Notes: generated by a model not told the origin, from the sequence alone. DNA of 32,000 nt from Methanosphaera stadtmanae DSM 3091 (GCF_000012545.1 NC_007681.1:990001-1022000), one strand, 5' to 3'; positions 10,938 through 19,056 are shown, counted from the first letter of the stretch. Numbers and translations: made by a program.

Positions 10938-11330
10938 TTATACTCTTCTACCTCTTTTACCACCAGGTCTACCAGTACCATCATGAGGTATAGGAGTTAC
11001 ATCTTCAATTTTACCAATTTTTATACCAGCTCTTGCTAATGCTCTTATTGTTGCTTGAGCACCAGGTCCTGGTGTTCTTGGACCATTTCCACCAGAAGCT
11101 CGTACTTTAATATGGAGTCCAGCGATTCCTTTTTCTTTTATATCATCAGCTACTCTGTTAGCTGCTTCCATTGCTGCAAATGGTGATGATTCTTGTCTGT
11201 CAGATCTTACTACTTTACCACCAGACCATTGTGTTATAGTTTCAGCACCAGTTATATCAGTAACAGTTATAATAGTGTTGTTAAAAGATGAGTAAACGTG
11301 AGCTACACCCCATTTATCTTTTTCTGCCAT
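10938..11330 (-). CDS. rps11: 30S ribosomal protein S11 (uS11)
   Basis: 130-aa ORF with [18 protein letters not shown]-like N-terminus and [11 protein letters not shown]. Confidence 0.95.
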   Translation of the reverse strand: MAEKDKWGVAHVYSSFNNTIITVTDITGAETITQWSGGKVVRSDRQESSPFAAMEAANRVADDIKEKGIAGLHIKVRASGGNGPRTPGPGAQATIRALARAGIKIGKIEDVTPIPHDGTGRPGGKRGRRV

Positions 11331-11371
11331 TATATCACCTTTAATTAATTATTGTTATTATTTTATTAGAT

Positions 11372-11926
11372 TTATTCTTCATCTTTAGGTTCTTCTTCTG
11401 CTGCTACTTCTTCAGTTTCTTGTGTTTCAAATTGTTTTGCAACTGATGAACCTGGATAGAAATCAATATTTTCTTCATCTGCTTTTTCTACTAAGTGTCC
11501 TGGTGCATTAATTTTTTTACCATTTAAGGTAATGTGACCATGTACAACAAAGAGTCTTGCTTCTTTAGCAGTGTGACTTAAACCTCTTTTAAATACTAAA
11601 CTTTGTAATCTTCTTCTTAATATGTCTTCTACATTAAGATCTAATACTTCTTCAAGTTTAGCATTAGGTGATATGAAACCTGCTCTTACGAGATGATCTA
11701 ATAATTCTTTTTCTTTATCTGCTCTTTCATCTATATCCATACCTAATATAATACGAGCATCTCTTCGGTATCTTTTTACTCTAGATTCAGCTTTCCAAAT
11801 TTCTTTTTTGTTTTTTAATCCATATTTGTTAGCTAATCTGTTTTCTTCTTTGATACGATCTGCATTCCAAGGGTGGGATGGTGTATCATATTGTTTTCGT
11901 GGTTTTTTTGGATGTCCCATAATCAA
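11372..11926 (-). CDS. rps4: 30S ribosomal protein S4 (uS4)
   Basis: 184-aa ORF with an S4 RNA-binding domain ([27 protein letters not shown]) and an acidic C-terminal tail. Confidence 0.95.
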   Translation of the reverse strand: MIMGHPKKPRKQYDTPSHPWNADRIKEENRLANKYGLKNKKEIWKAESRVKRYRRDARIILGMDIDERADKEKELLDHLVRAGFISPNAKLEEVLDLNVEDILRRRLQSLVFKRGLSHTAKEARLFVVHGHITLNGKKINAPGHLVEKADEENIDFYPGSSVAKQFETQETEEVAAEEEPKDEE

Positions 11927-11991
11927 ATCTCCTTCATATTTTTATATTAAAAAAAAATGTTTTCTATTTCTTGATTAACTTAGTAATTTAC

Positions 11992-12453
11992 TTAATTACC
12001 AGTAGGTCTTGTTCTACTTACACCAACAGAAGATCCATGTCTAAATGTTGATTTAGTTCTTTGACCACGTACAGGAAGACCAACTTCGTGTCTTTTACCT
12101 TTGTAACTTCTAATCATTTTCATTCTGTTTAAATCATCACGTAATGTCATGTTTAAGTCAGATTCTATTAAATGTTTAGTTTCACCTGTTTCATAATCGT
12201 TTCTTCTGTTTAAGAACCATTCAGGGATTCCAAATTCTTGAGGATTTTCAAGAACAGCTTCTATTTGTTTTACAGACTCATCATCAATGTAACCTATTTG
12301 AGCATCTTGATCTAAGTCTAATACTTTACATATAGCTATAGCAAAAGCTTTACCTATTCCTCTAATTTCAGTTAAAGCTGTAGCTATGGTACTATTTCCG
12401 TCAACGTCTTTACGAGTTATACGAACCATATGTCTAAATTCTTGTTCAGCCAT
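11992..12453 (-). CDS. rps13: 30S ribosomal protein S13 (uS13)
   Basis: 153-aa ORF with [12 protein letters not shown] and RGQRTKS motifs. It is the first gene of the rps13-rps4-rps11-rpoD operon. Confidence 0.95.
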   Translation of the reverse strand: MAEQEFRHMVRITRKDVDGNSTIATALTEIRGIGKAFAIAICKVLDLDQDAQIGYIDDESVKQIEAVLENPQEFGIPEWFLNRRNDYETGETKHLIESDLNMTLRDDLNRMKMIRSYKGKRHEVGLPVRGQRTKSTFRHGSSVGVSRTRPTGN

Positions 12454-12752
12454 GCTAATTCTCCGTTTTAATTAAATTATATTTAAAAAAAATATCTAGA
12501 TTATTCTAATGTGTGTTGAAGTAATTTTTTTTATAAGAAAAAAATAAGCTTTGAATTTTATAATTAAATTAAAGATGAAATAATCTGAAAGTTTATTTAT
12601 TATATGTGTTAATCATATTCAGAAATAATCTAGTTAAAACAGTACTCTGTTTTATTTTTTGATTAAAATAATAAATAATATTGAATAAAAAAAAGTGATT
12701 TTTTTAATGAAATTTCAGATTATCAATTTTTGTTCTATAAAATAATTATAAG

Positions 12753-12836
<84 letters not shown>

Positions 12837-13213
12837 ATTTGTTCTTATTATTATTTTATTAAAACAAATGTTTTTTTATATAATCATATTTTGTTATTCT
12901 CAATACATACTCTCCAAATAGACAACACTTTTTTATTACCTATAGAGAGATACATTATATTATTTCTAGAGAATTTTTTTTAGAGAGAACATTCTCTATA
13001 TAATTTCATTAATTTATTTTACATAGCCAAAGCTAATCTATGTAAACTACATGACAATTATTATTTTTTTTATTAAATAATAATTTTAAATATTGACCTC
13101 GCCCCTAATCTCTAAATTAAAGGTTCTACAGTTAATAAAAAAATTTTAAATTTTTCTAATTGAAGAATAATCATATTAAAAATAATATTTATTATTATTT
13201 TTCACCTATGTTA

Positions 13214-14203
13214 TTACTTCCACATCTTAGGATATGTGTTTGGTAGTATAAATACTTTTTGGATATCCACTATAATTTTAGTATCAGAATTTATAATATC
13301 ATTTGTAGAATACATACAAGTACCAATAGCAAGTAACTCTTCTTTAAGTGTCATTACTGCTACTGTATTGTTTTCATGAATTTGATTATCAAGTTTTACA
13401 ACACCACTACTTGCAAGATTTGCACCATGACATATAGAATCTACTGCTGTATCTTTAACATATATCTTTTTAACATACTTTGTTGTATGTTCCATTGGCT
13501 GAATTAACTTTCGAAGAAGTGTTTCATCACCATCTTCCTTATAGAAATAGTATGCATCTGTAACATCTTGTAATGTTGTTAGAGTATCATCTTCTAGAAA
13601 ACTTCCAGCCATAGTTCTTCTTAATTCTGCCATGTGTGCTCCACAACCTAGTGCTTCTCCAATATCATGACAGTACTTACGAATATATGTACCAGACTGA
13701 CATGTTATTCTAAATAGTACATCTTGATTATCCCTAATTTCTAAAAGTTTTACTTCATAAATTGTACGTACACGTAACTCTCTTTTCACTGCTGATTTAA
13801 CTGGAGGTATTTGATATATCTTACCAGTAAATTCATCAAGAATAGATATAATATCCTCTTCATCCACAGGTTTATGTAATCTCATAAGACATACATATTC
13901 CTTTGGTGATAATAATAGAAGTGATAATGATTTAGTTGCAGTATTTAATGCTACAGGTAAAACACCTGTTACCTTAGGATCGAGTGTCCCACCATGACCA
14001 GTTTTATCAACATGCATAATATCTTTTAACCATACATCAACCTCATGTGAGGTAGGACCTGAAGGTTTATCAATGTTAATAATTCCCTTATTAATATGTT
14101 CCTCTATTGTTCTATTTCTTGGATGACATCCATAATCATAGTTAACTTCCACATCACATTTATATTCATATTCAGTCATGATAATCAAAATCCCATTATA
14201 CAA
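13214..14203 (-). CDS. cbf5: tRNA/rRNA pseudouridine synthase Cbf5 (TruB family, H/ACA RNP catalytic subunit, PUA domain)
   Basis: 329-aa ORF with GIINIDKPSGPTSHEV and GHGGTLDPKVTG (catalytic Asp) motifs and a C-terminal PUA-like region. The start may be ATG 14179 (MTEYEYK). Confidence 0.9.
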   Translation of the reverse strand: MYNGILIIMTEYEYKCDVEVNYDYGCHPRNRTIEEHINKGIINIDKPSGPTSHEVDVWLKDIMHVDKTGHGGTLDPKVTGVLPVALNTATKSLSLLLLSPKEYVCLMRLHKPVDEEDIISILDEFTGKIYQIPPVKSAVKRELRVRTIYEVKLLEIRDNQDVLFRITCQSGTYIRKYCHDIGEALGCGAHMAELRRTMAGSFLEDDTLTTLQDVTDAYYFYKEDGDETLLRKLIQPMEHTTKYVKKIYVKDTAVDSICHGANLASSGVVKLDNQIHENNTVAVMTLKEELLAIGTCMYSTNDIINSDTKIIVDIQKVFILPNTYPKMWK

Positions 14204-14365
14204 AAAAATATAATTCTATATTATATATTAGTATAGTAATATCTTATAATTCTTTATAATATAAAAATAAGTCTACATTATTATAATTAGTAATATTTTT
14301 CTATAAAAAAGATATAATATATAATAAATAAAAAAAATATACTAAGAAAAAAATCGTGATTTATT

Positions 14366-15577
14366 ATGCTAAAAACAGATGTAGTAGTTATTGGAGCAGG
14401 TCCTGCAGGATCTATGGCAGCAAAACATGCAGCACTAGGAGGGGCAAATGTAGTTTTAATAGACAAGAAATCAGAAATTGGAACTCCAAAAAGATGTGCA
14501 GAAGGTGTGTATGATGAAGGATTTAAATGGCTAAATATAGAACCTGATGAAAGATGGATAGCACAGCGTATATATGGTGCAACACTACACTCACCAGATG
14601 GAAATAGTTTTACAGTAACATCAGAAGATGTACCAGTACAAGGATTTATACTAGAGAGAAAAGTATTTGATAAACACATGGCAATGGATGCAGCACGTGC
14701 TGGTGCAAAGATAATGATAAAAACATTAGTAACTGATATTAAAAGAAATGAAAATGGATTCATACTATCATGTGATTCAATTGAAGGCACAATTGAAGTA
14801 GAAGCAAAAATAGCAATCTGTGCAGATGGACCAGAATCAATAATGGCAAAAAAATTAGGAATTAATTCAACAACACCACAAAACATGATGTCCTGTGCAC
14901 AATTTGAAATGTGTAATGTAGATTATAATGATGATGAAAAAATAGAATTCTACCTAGGACAAGATGTTGCTCTTAAAGGATATGCATGGATATTTCCAAA
15001 GGGAAATGGTGTTGCAAATGTAGGTCTTGGAGTTACAGGCAATACTGATAAAACAGCATATGAATATATAATGGATTTTATAGAAAAATGTCCTGCCACA
15101 AAGAATGCTCAACCAATAGAAATGAATATAGGTGGAGATCCTATAAATGGACTTATTGAAAAAATATACGATGATAATCTATTAATATGTGGAGATGCTG
15201 CAGGTCAAGTAAATCCAATAGAAGGAGGAGGAATTATTGAAGGAATGCTTGGTGGTATGGCTGCTGGAGATGTGGCAGCAAAGGCTATTAAAGAAGAAAA
15301 TTATTCAAAAGAAAGACTTCATGAATACTATGAAAAATACAGTGAACTTTCATTTAATTTAATAGAAACACTACCTGCTGCAAGAGATATTGTTTATTCA
15401 TTTACTGATGATGAATATAATAAAATAATAAGTGTAGCAAATACTATAGATTTAAAAAATATATCAAAACGTGATGTATTAAAAGTAGTATTTAAACTTC
15501 CACCAACACTAACAACAAAATTAATTAAATTACTTAAAATTGTATTTCCAAAACAAATGAAAAGTATATTGTTTTAG
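14366..15577 (+). CDS. Geranylgeranyl reductase family FAD-dependent oxidoreductase (digeranylgeranylglycerophospholipid reductase-like)
   Basis: 403-aa ORF with the dinucleotide-binding motif DVVVIGAGPAGS. LICGDAAGQVNPIEGGGI matches the GGR family signature region. Confidence 0.85.
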   Translation: MLKTDVVVIGAGPAGSMAAKHAALGGANVVLIDKKSEIGTPKRCAEGVYDEGFKWLNIEPDERWIAQRIYGATLHSPDGNSFTVTSEDVPVQGFILERKVFDKHMAMDAARAGAKIMIKTLVTDIKRNENGFILSCDSIEGTIEVEAKIAICADGPESIMAKKLGINSTTPQNMMSCAQFEMCNVDYNDDEKIEFYLGQDVALKGYAWIFPKGNGVANVGLGVTGNTDKTAYEYIMDFIEKCPATKNAQPIEMNIGGDPINGLIEKIYDDNLLICGDAAGQVNPIEGGGIIEGMLGGMAAGDVAAKAIKEENYSKERLHEYYEKYSELSFNLIETLPAARDIVYSFTDDEYNKIISVANTIDLKNISKRDVLKVVFKLPPTLTTKLIKLLKIVFPKQMKSILF

Positions 15578-15755
15578 GTTATGTTTTTAATAAACATCAC
15601 CTATAATCTTATCTTTAAGTTAATAGGAAGTATGAGTTTTACATATTATTTTATAAATATGTTGTTTTAATAAAATTCTTAAATAATAAAATACACAATG
15701 TATCTAATATTAGTGATATTTTAATAAAAAAAAGTAGTTTAAAAAATAGTAGTTA

Positions 15756-16544
15756 CTATTTCTCACCATTATATGGATTTAATTCTCGTACCTCTTTAGG
15801 ATATTTTTTCAGCATACGATCCATTAGAGACATACTCTGTATTTGACCTACAAGAAACATGAACTTATTTTTCTCATCATGAAGTCCATTTAAGTCCCTT
15901 TGAAGTTTGTTACTTACTTCAACTGAATGTTTATAATCATTACGACTTGTGGTAATTTCCTTTTTCTGTCTTGTATTTTCACTTTCTAATCTATCTATAG
16001 ATGTGTTAAGATTATCTATTTGTTGTTGTAATTGTTTTATGGTTTTTTCATAATTAGCATTACCAGTATCAAGAATTTTATTTTCCTTTTCTAGGTTACT
16101 TATCTGTTTTTTAAGGTTAGTTATTTCATTATTATAATCCTTGTTTTCATGGGATGTTTTCTCATATCTTGCTTCCATATCTTCATGATTTGTTTGGATA
16201 CTTATGAGTTTTTCAGATAAGATTTTATTTTCATGTTCTAGTTGTTGTAATTGTTCCTTTGATTTGTTATCATTGTCTTGAATTGAATTTTTATAGTCAT
16301 TTAATTCTTGTTGAATATTTTTATTATCTTCAATTAATGACTTATTTTCCATAAGTAGTCTGTTATATTCCTTTGGATTTATATCTGATATATTATCGTT
16401 AGTATAATCTTTAGCAAATTGTTCAATAGTTGGACCTATATGTCCCTTGGATGTTCCATGTTCTGATTCTAATTTTTGAAGAAATGCACTCCAACCTTCT
16501 TCATCTTTAACTCTTATTGTAACAGTTTTTGCCATTTTTATCAA
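15756..16544 (-). CDS. Hypothetical protein: RHH-like N-terminal domain plus ~190-aa heptad-rich coiled coil
   Basis: 262-aa ORF. The track start at 16544 is TTG; ATG at 16535 (MAKTVTIRVKDEE...) is likelier. A TATA-like ATATTTATAG (rc of 16571-16580) lies about 35 nt upstream of that ATG. The N-terminus KTVTIRV / EEGWSAFLQKLESEH / GTS / IGPTIEQFAKDY fits a strand-helix-GxS/T-helix ribbon-helix-helix pattern. The rest is E/K/N/Q-rich coiled coil. I recognise no family. Confidence 0.7.
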   Translation of the reverse strand: MIKMAKTVTIRVKDEEGWSAFLQKLESEHGTSKGHIGPTIEQFAKDYTNDNISDINPKEYNRLLMENKSLIEDNKNIQQELNDYKNSIQDNDNKSKEQLQQLEHENKILSEKLISIQTNHEDMEARYEKTSHENKDYNNEITNLKKQISNLEKENKILDTGNANYEKTIKQLQQQIDNLNTSIDRLESENTRQKKEITTSRNDYKHSVEVSNKLQRDLNGLHDEKNKFMFLVGQIQSMSLMDRMLKKYPKEVRELNPYNGEK

Positions 16545-16695
16545 CTAAAAAAAAAACATTTTTTTTTATTCTATAAATATCCAATATGATCCATTAAATA
16601 AAATAGTATGTTCATATAATCATCTATTATTTTTATAATTGGTCATGTTATGGATTTCTTACTAAAATATTATATATCTTAATTTATTTAAAGAT

Positions 16696-17135
16696 TGTGT
16701 TACATTGTTTTATATGTTTTACGTGTTAAAATAGTCTATAATAGCTTATTAGATGTTTTTGGTATTTTCATGTTTTACATTGTTTTACATGTAAATCATA
16801 TGTTTTATATAATAATTAATCTGAAACTAATAATTACTCTAAAAATGAATTTATTGTTTTATATTGTTTTACATTAATTTTCTTTATTTTATGCATATAA
16901 ATGATTTTAAAGGATATTTCATTTACAGTATAAAACAATTGTTTTACATTGTTTTACATATAAATCATTGATAAAACATGATAATTATTGTTTTGTAAAT
17001 AATCACTAGAAAACACATACCTATGTTTTATATTGTTTTACATTAAAATAGCTTTATTTATGTATATACTCATAGATAAAGCTGTTTAAAAATATAGTAT
17101 AAAACAATTGTTTTACATGTTTTATATATAAAACA
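16696..17135 (+). repeat. Array of ~16 plus-oriented and 4 inverted copies of the 9-10 bp motif TGTTTTAYA(T), arranged in three tandem ~160-170 bp modules
   Basis: Exact TGTTTTACA/TGTTTTATA starts at 16706, 16771, 16781, 16801, 16855, 16865, 16940, 16950, 17024, 17034, 17109 and 17118. Variants start at 16696, 16715 and 16989. Inverted TATAAAACA starts at 16929, 17098 and 17127, with GATAAAACA at 16970. Many copies are head-to-tail doublets with exactly 10-bp spacing. Confidence 0.9.
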
Positions 17136-17168
17136 TTGAAAAAAACAATAAAAAAAATAAGAAGTTAA

Positions 17169-17360
17169 TTATATATACATACTACCTAATCCTAGCATAC
17201 CAGGAAAACCCATACCGCCACTTAAACTACTTCCAAGAATTATATAGCATATGATATGTAACACACCTATACTATATAACCAGAGTAGTATTATTATTTC
17301 AAGTATAATAAATAGTATAATGGATATTAATGAAGTAAGTAATATTTGTTTTATTGACAT
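17169..17360 (-). CDS. Small hydrophobic protein (two predicted TM helices, Gly/Met-rich C-terminus)
   Basis: 63-aa ORF. AGGAG Shine-Dalgarno lies 7 nt upstream of the ATG and 14 nt after the upstream ORF stop, suggesting translational coupling. The sequence MSIKQILLTSLISIILFIILEIIILLWLYSIGVLHIICYIILGSSLSGGMGFPGMLGLGSMYI is strongly hydrophobic. Confidence 0.55.
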   Translation of the reverse strand: MSIKQILLTSLISIILFIILEIIILLWLYSIGVLHIICYIILGSSLSGGMGFPGMLGLGSMYI

Positions 17361-17374
17361 AGATACTCCTAAAG

Positions 17375-17722
17375 TTATTTATATTCTATGATATGTGAAA
17401 GACATTTATATTCTCTTTTATGAAAATCAGTGAAATCATCACCTTTATATAGATTAAAGTACTTTTTTGTTGTGTCTGATATATACTTTCGTGACTCAAA
17501 TATAACTAGTTTTCCTAAACAATAGTTTTCAATTACAATATCATAACAATCTAGTTTTGGAACATAACATAGACTATAAATTAAATAATCAGATTTTAGT
17601 ATTGTTTGTTCAAATAAAACATCTTCAGTTTCATATAGTGTTTTAATATCATCTCTACCTACTTCTTGTTTATGCAAAAAAAATACACTCCTCAAAAAAT
17701 AATCATTATAAAGAAAATTCAT
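17375..17722 (-). CDS. Hypothetical protein, 115 aa, no recognisable family
   Basis: Uninterrupted ORF with a balanced, non-low-complexity composition (D/E/K/C/Y-rich). It is followed by the SD-coupled small ORF. No obvious SD of its own, so it may be leaderless or have a short leader. Confidence 0.5.
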   Translation of the reverse strand: MNFLYNDYFLRSVFFLHKQEVGRDDIKTLYETEDVLFEQTILKSDYLIYSLCYVPKLDCYDIVIENYCLGKLVIFESRKYISDTTKKYFNLYKGDDFTDFHKREYKCLSHIIEYK

Positions 17723-17753
17723 TCTTTAAAAAAAATGTTTCTACCTAATTTAT

Positions 17754-17860
17754 TGTTTTATTTATTATAATATTAAAAGATAATAACTATTTATAGAAAA
17801 AATATGTCCATAAAACACATATAAAACATTAAAAAACAAGTATAAAACAATATAAAACAT
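17754..17860 (-). repeat. Inverted-orientation module of the TGTTTTAYA motif array
   Basis: TATAAAACA on the + strand at 17820, 17841 and 17851; CATAAAACA at 17809. These form two doublets with 10-bp spacing. One plus-oriented partial copy TGTTTTAT lies at 17754. The reverse complement of 17843-17859 (TGTTTTATATTGTTTTA) is identical to 16855-16871 and 17024-17040. Confidence 0.85.
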
Positions 17861-17964
17861 TAGCAAAAATCTATAAAATATCAACTATTTTTATAAATAT
17901 ATTCAAAAGAAGAAAAGTTATTTTTTCATGTCGTTATCACTTGAGACATACTGATTTTTTTTAT

Positions 17965-18228
17965 TCAGGAGGAATATCCAGTTAAAGTAGTTATAGAATA
18001 TAAACAACACACACAAAAAAACATTATGACAATCACATCCATATTCATAAAGTTAGTTTTAGTATTTAAGTAATCTAGTATCATAAAATATATTTCTATT
18101 AATTTTTTAAATTCTCTATCAGTTAAAACAGATAATAATTTAATATTTTGATTAAATATATAAAATAAAGATAAGTAGTATTTTTCATATTCTGTAGAAT
18201 ATATGGATGTATAAACTAATATTTTCAC
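17965..18228 (-). CDS. Doubtful hypothetical ORF (87 aa)
   Basis: GTG start placed immediately after the T8/T9 terminator tracts of nudC, with no SD or promoter room. The composition is Y/I/L/F/N/K-rich, as expected for a random AT-rich ORF. Listed only because it is open. Confidence 0.2.
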   Translation of the reverse strand: MKILVYTSIYSTEYEKYYLSLFYIFNQNIKLLSVLTDREFKKLIEIYFMILDYLNTKTNFMNMDVIVIMFFCVCCLYSITTLTGYSS

Positions 18229-18233
18229 TGTTT

Positions 18234-18254
18234 AAAAAAAAAGGATAAAAAAAA
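18234..18254 (-). terminator. Oligo-T terminator downstream of nudC
   Basis: On the minus strand the stop is followed by C-T8-ATCC-T9 (forward A-runs 18247-18254 and 18234-18242). Archaeal transcription terminates at oligo-T tracts. Confidence 0.55.
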
Positions 18255-18255
18255 G

Positions 18256-19056
18256 TTAATGTTTTTTTAGAAAGTCATTTATTAACCAGGATGCTATACT
18301 AATATTTGATTCTGGAACATCAATATCCTCTTTATTAAACCATTTAGCCTCTAATATTTCATCACCATCAACCTTTATTTCTCCACCATCATAATCAGCA
18401 CAAAAACCTAGCATAAGTGAATTAGGAAATGGCCATGATTGACTTTTTTGGTATTGTATATTCTTAATATCTATTCCAACTTCCTCTTTTACTTCCCTTC
18501 TAACTGCATCTTCTATTGATTCACCAGCCTCTACAAATCCTGCAATTAATGCATATCTTATCTTTGTATAGTAACTGTGTCGTGCCATTAATAGTTTTCC
18601 ATTCTTATTTATAGCCACAATAATTGCTGGTGCTATACGTGTATAATGCATCTGTCCACATTTAGGACATAGAAGCATCATATCTTTTTTATCAAGTACT
18701 GTTTTTGTTCCACATCTTCCACAGTACTGATATGAACTATACCAATCATTTACTAAAACAGCACGTGTTGCTATTTGATATAATAATGGATCTATATTAT
18801 AAATCTCAATTAAGGGTATAAACTCTATATCATCACTTGTACTAACTACAAATGCATCCTTGTTTTTATATGTACCAATATATAGTACATAGTTTATATT
18901 AAAATCTATTTTATTTAATGTTGTTAAAAAAAGATGATTATCATCTAAATATACTTCTCTTTTAGAATTAATTATAAAGTAATATGCTTTATCATCAGTT
19001 CTATAATCTTGACTAAAATCTATTTTATAATCATTATACATTGAACTTTCTATCAT
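18256..19056 (-). CDS. nudC: NAD(H) diphosphatase, NudC-type Nudix hydrolase (potential NAD-RNA decapping enzyme)
   Basis: 266-aa ORF with a zinc ribbon (CGRCG...CPKCG) and Nudix box GFVEAGESIEDAVRREVKEEVGI, which fits Gx5Ex7REUxEExGU. The downstream SQSWPFPNS matches the NADH pyrophosphatase signature SQPWPFPxS. Confidence 0.85.
   Translation of the reverse strand: MIESSMYNDYKIDFSQDYRTDDKAYYFIINSKREVYLDDNHLFLTTLNKIDFNINYVLYIGTYKNKDAFVVSTSDDIEFIPLIEIYNIDPLLYQIATRAVLVNDWYSSYQYCGRCGTKTVLDKKDMMLLCPKCGQMHYTRIAPAIIVAINKNGKLLMARHSYYTKIRYALIAGFVEAGESIEDAVRREVKEEVGIDIKNIQYQKSQSWPFPNSLMLGFCADYDGGEIKVDGDEILEAKWFNKEDIDVPESNISIASWLINDFLKKH

Noticed and set aside
14287-14886. 199-aa minus-strand ORF
   Set aside because: It lies entirely antisense to the well-supported geranylgeranyl reductase gene and has a low-complexity S/A/I/F-rich sequence, so it is a shadow ORF.
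16695-16877. 60-aa + strand ORF (MCYIVLYVLRV...FYIVLH) across the repeat array
   Set aside because: Its reading frame is simply the TGTTTTACA repeats read as FYIVLH-type peptides. It has no SD and a low-complexity composition, so it is an artefact of the repeat.
16545-17168. Chromosomal oriC
   Set aside because: No cdc6/orc1 gene is adjacent, and I cannot match the motif confidently to a known ORB consensus. This reading is kept only as one low-probability alternative (a secondary or element-derived origin) in the findings.
16696-17860. CRISPR array interpretation of the repeats
   Set aside because: The units are only 9-10 bp, often directly abutting, and occur in both orientations with irregular spacers of 0-55 bp. 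There are no 25-40 bp repeats, no uniform spacers and no cas genes.
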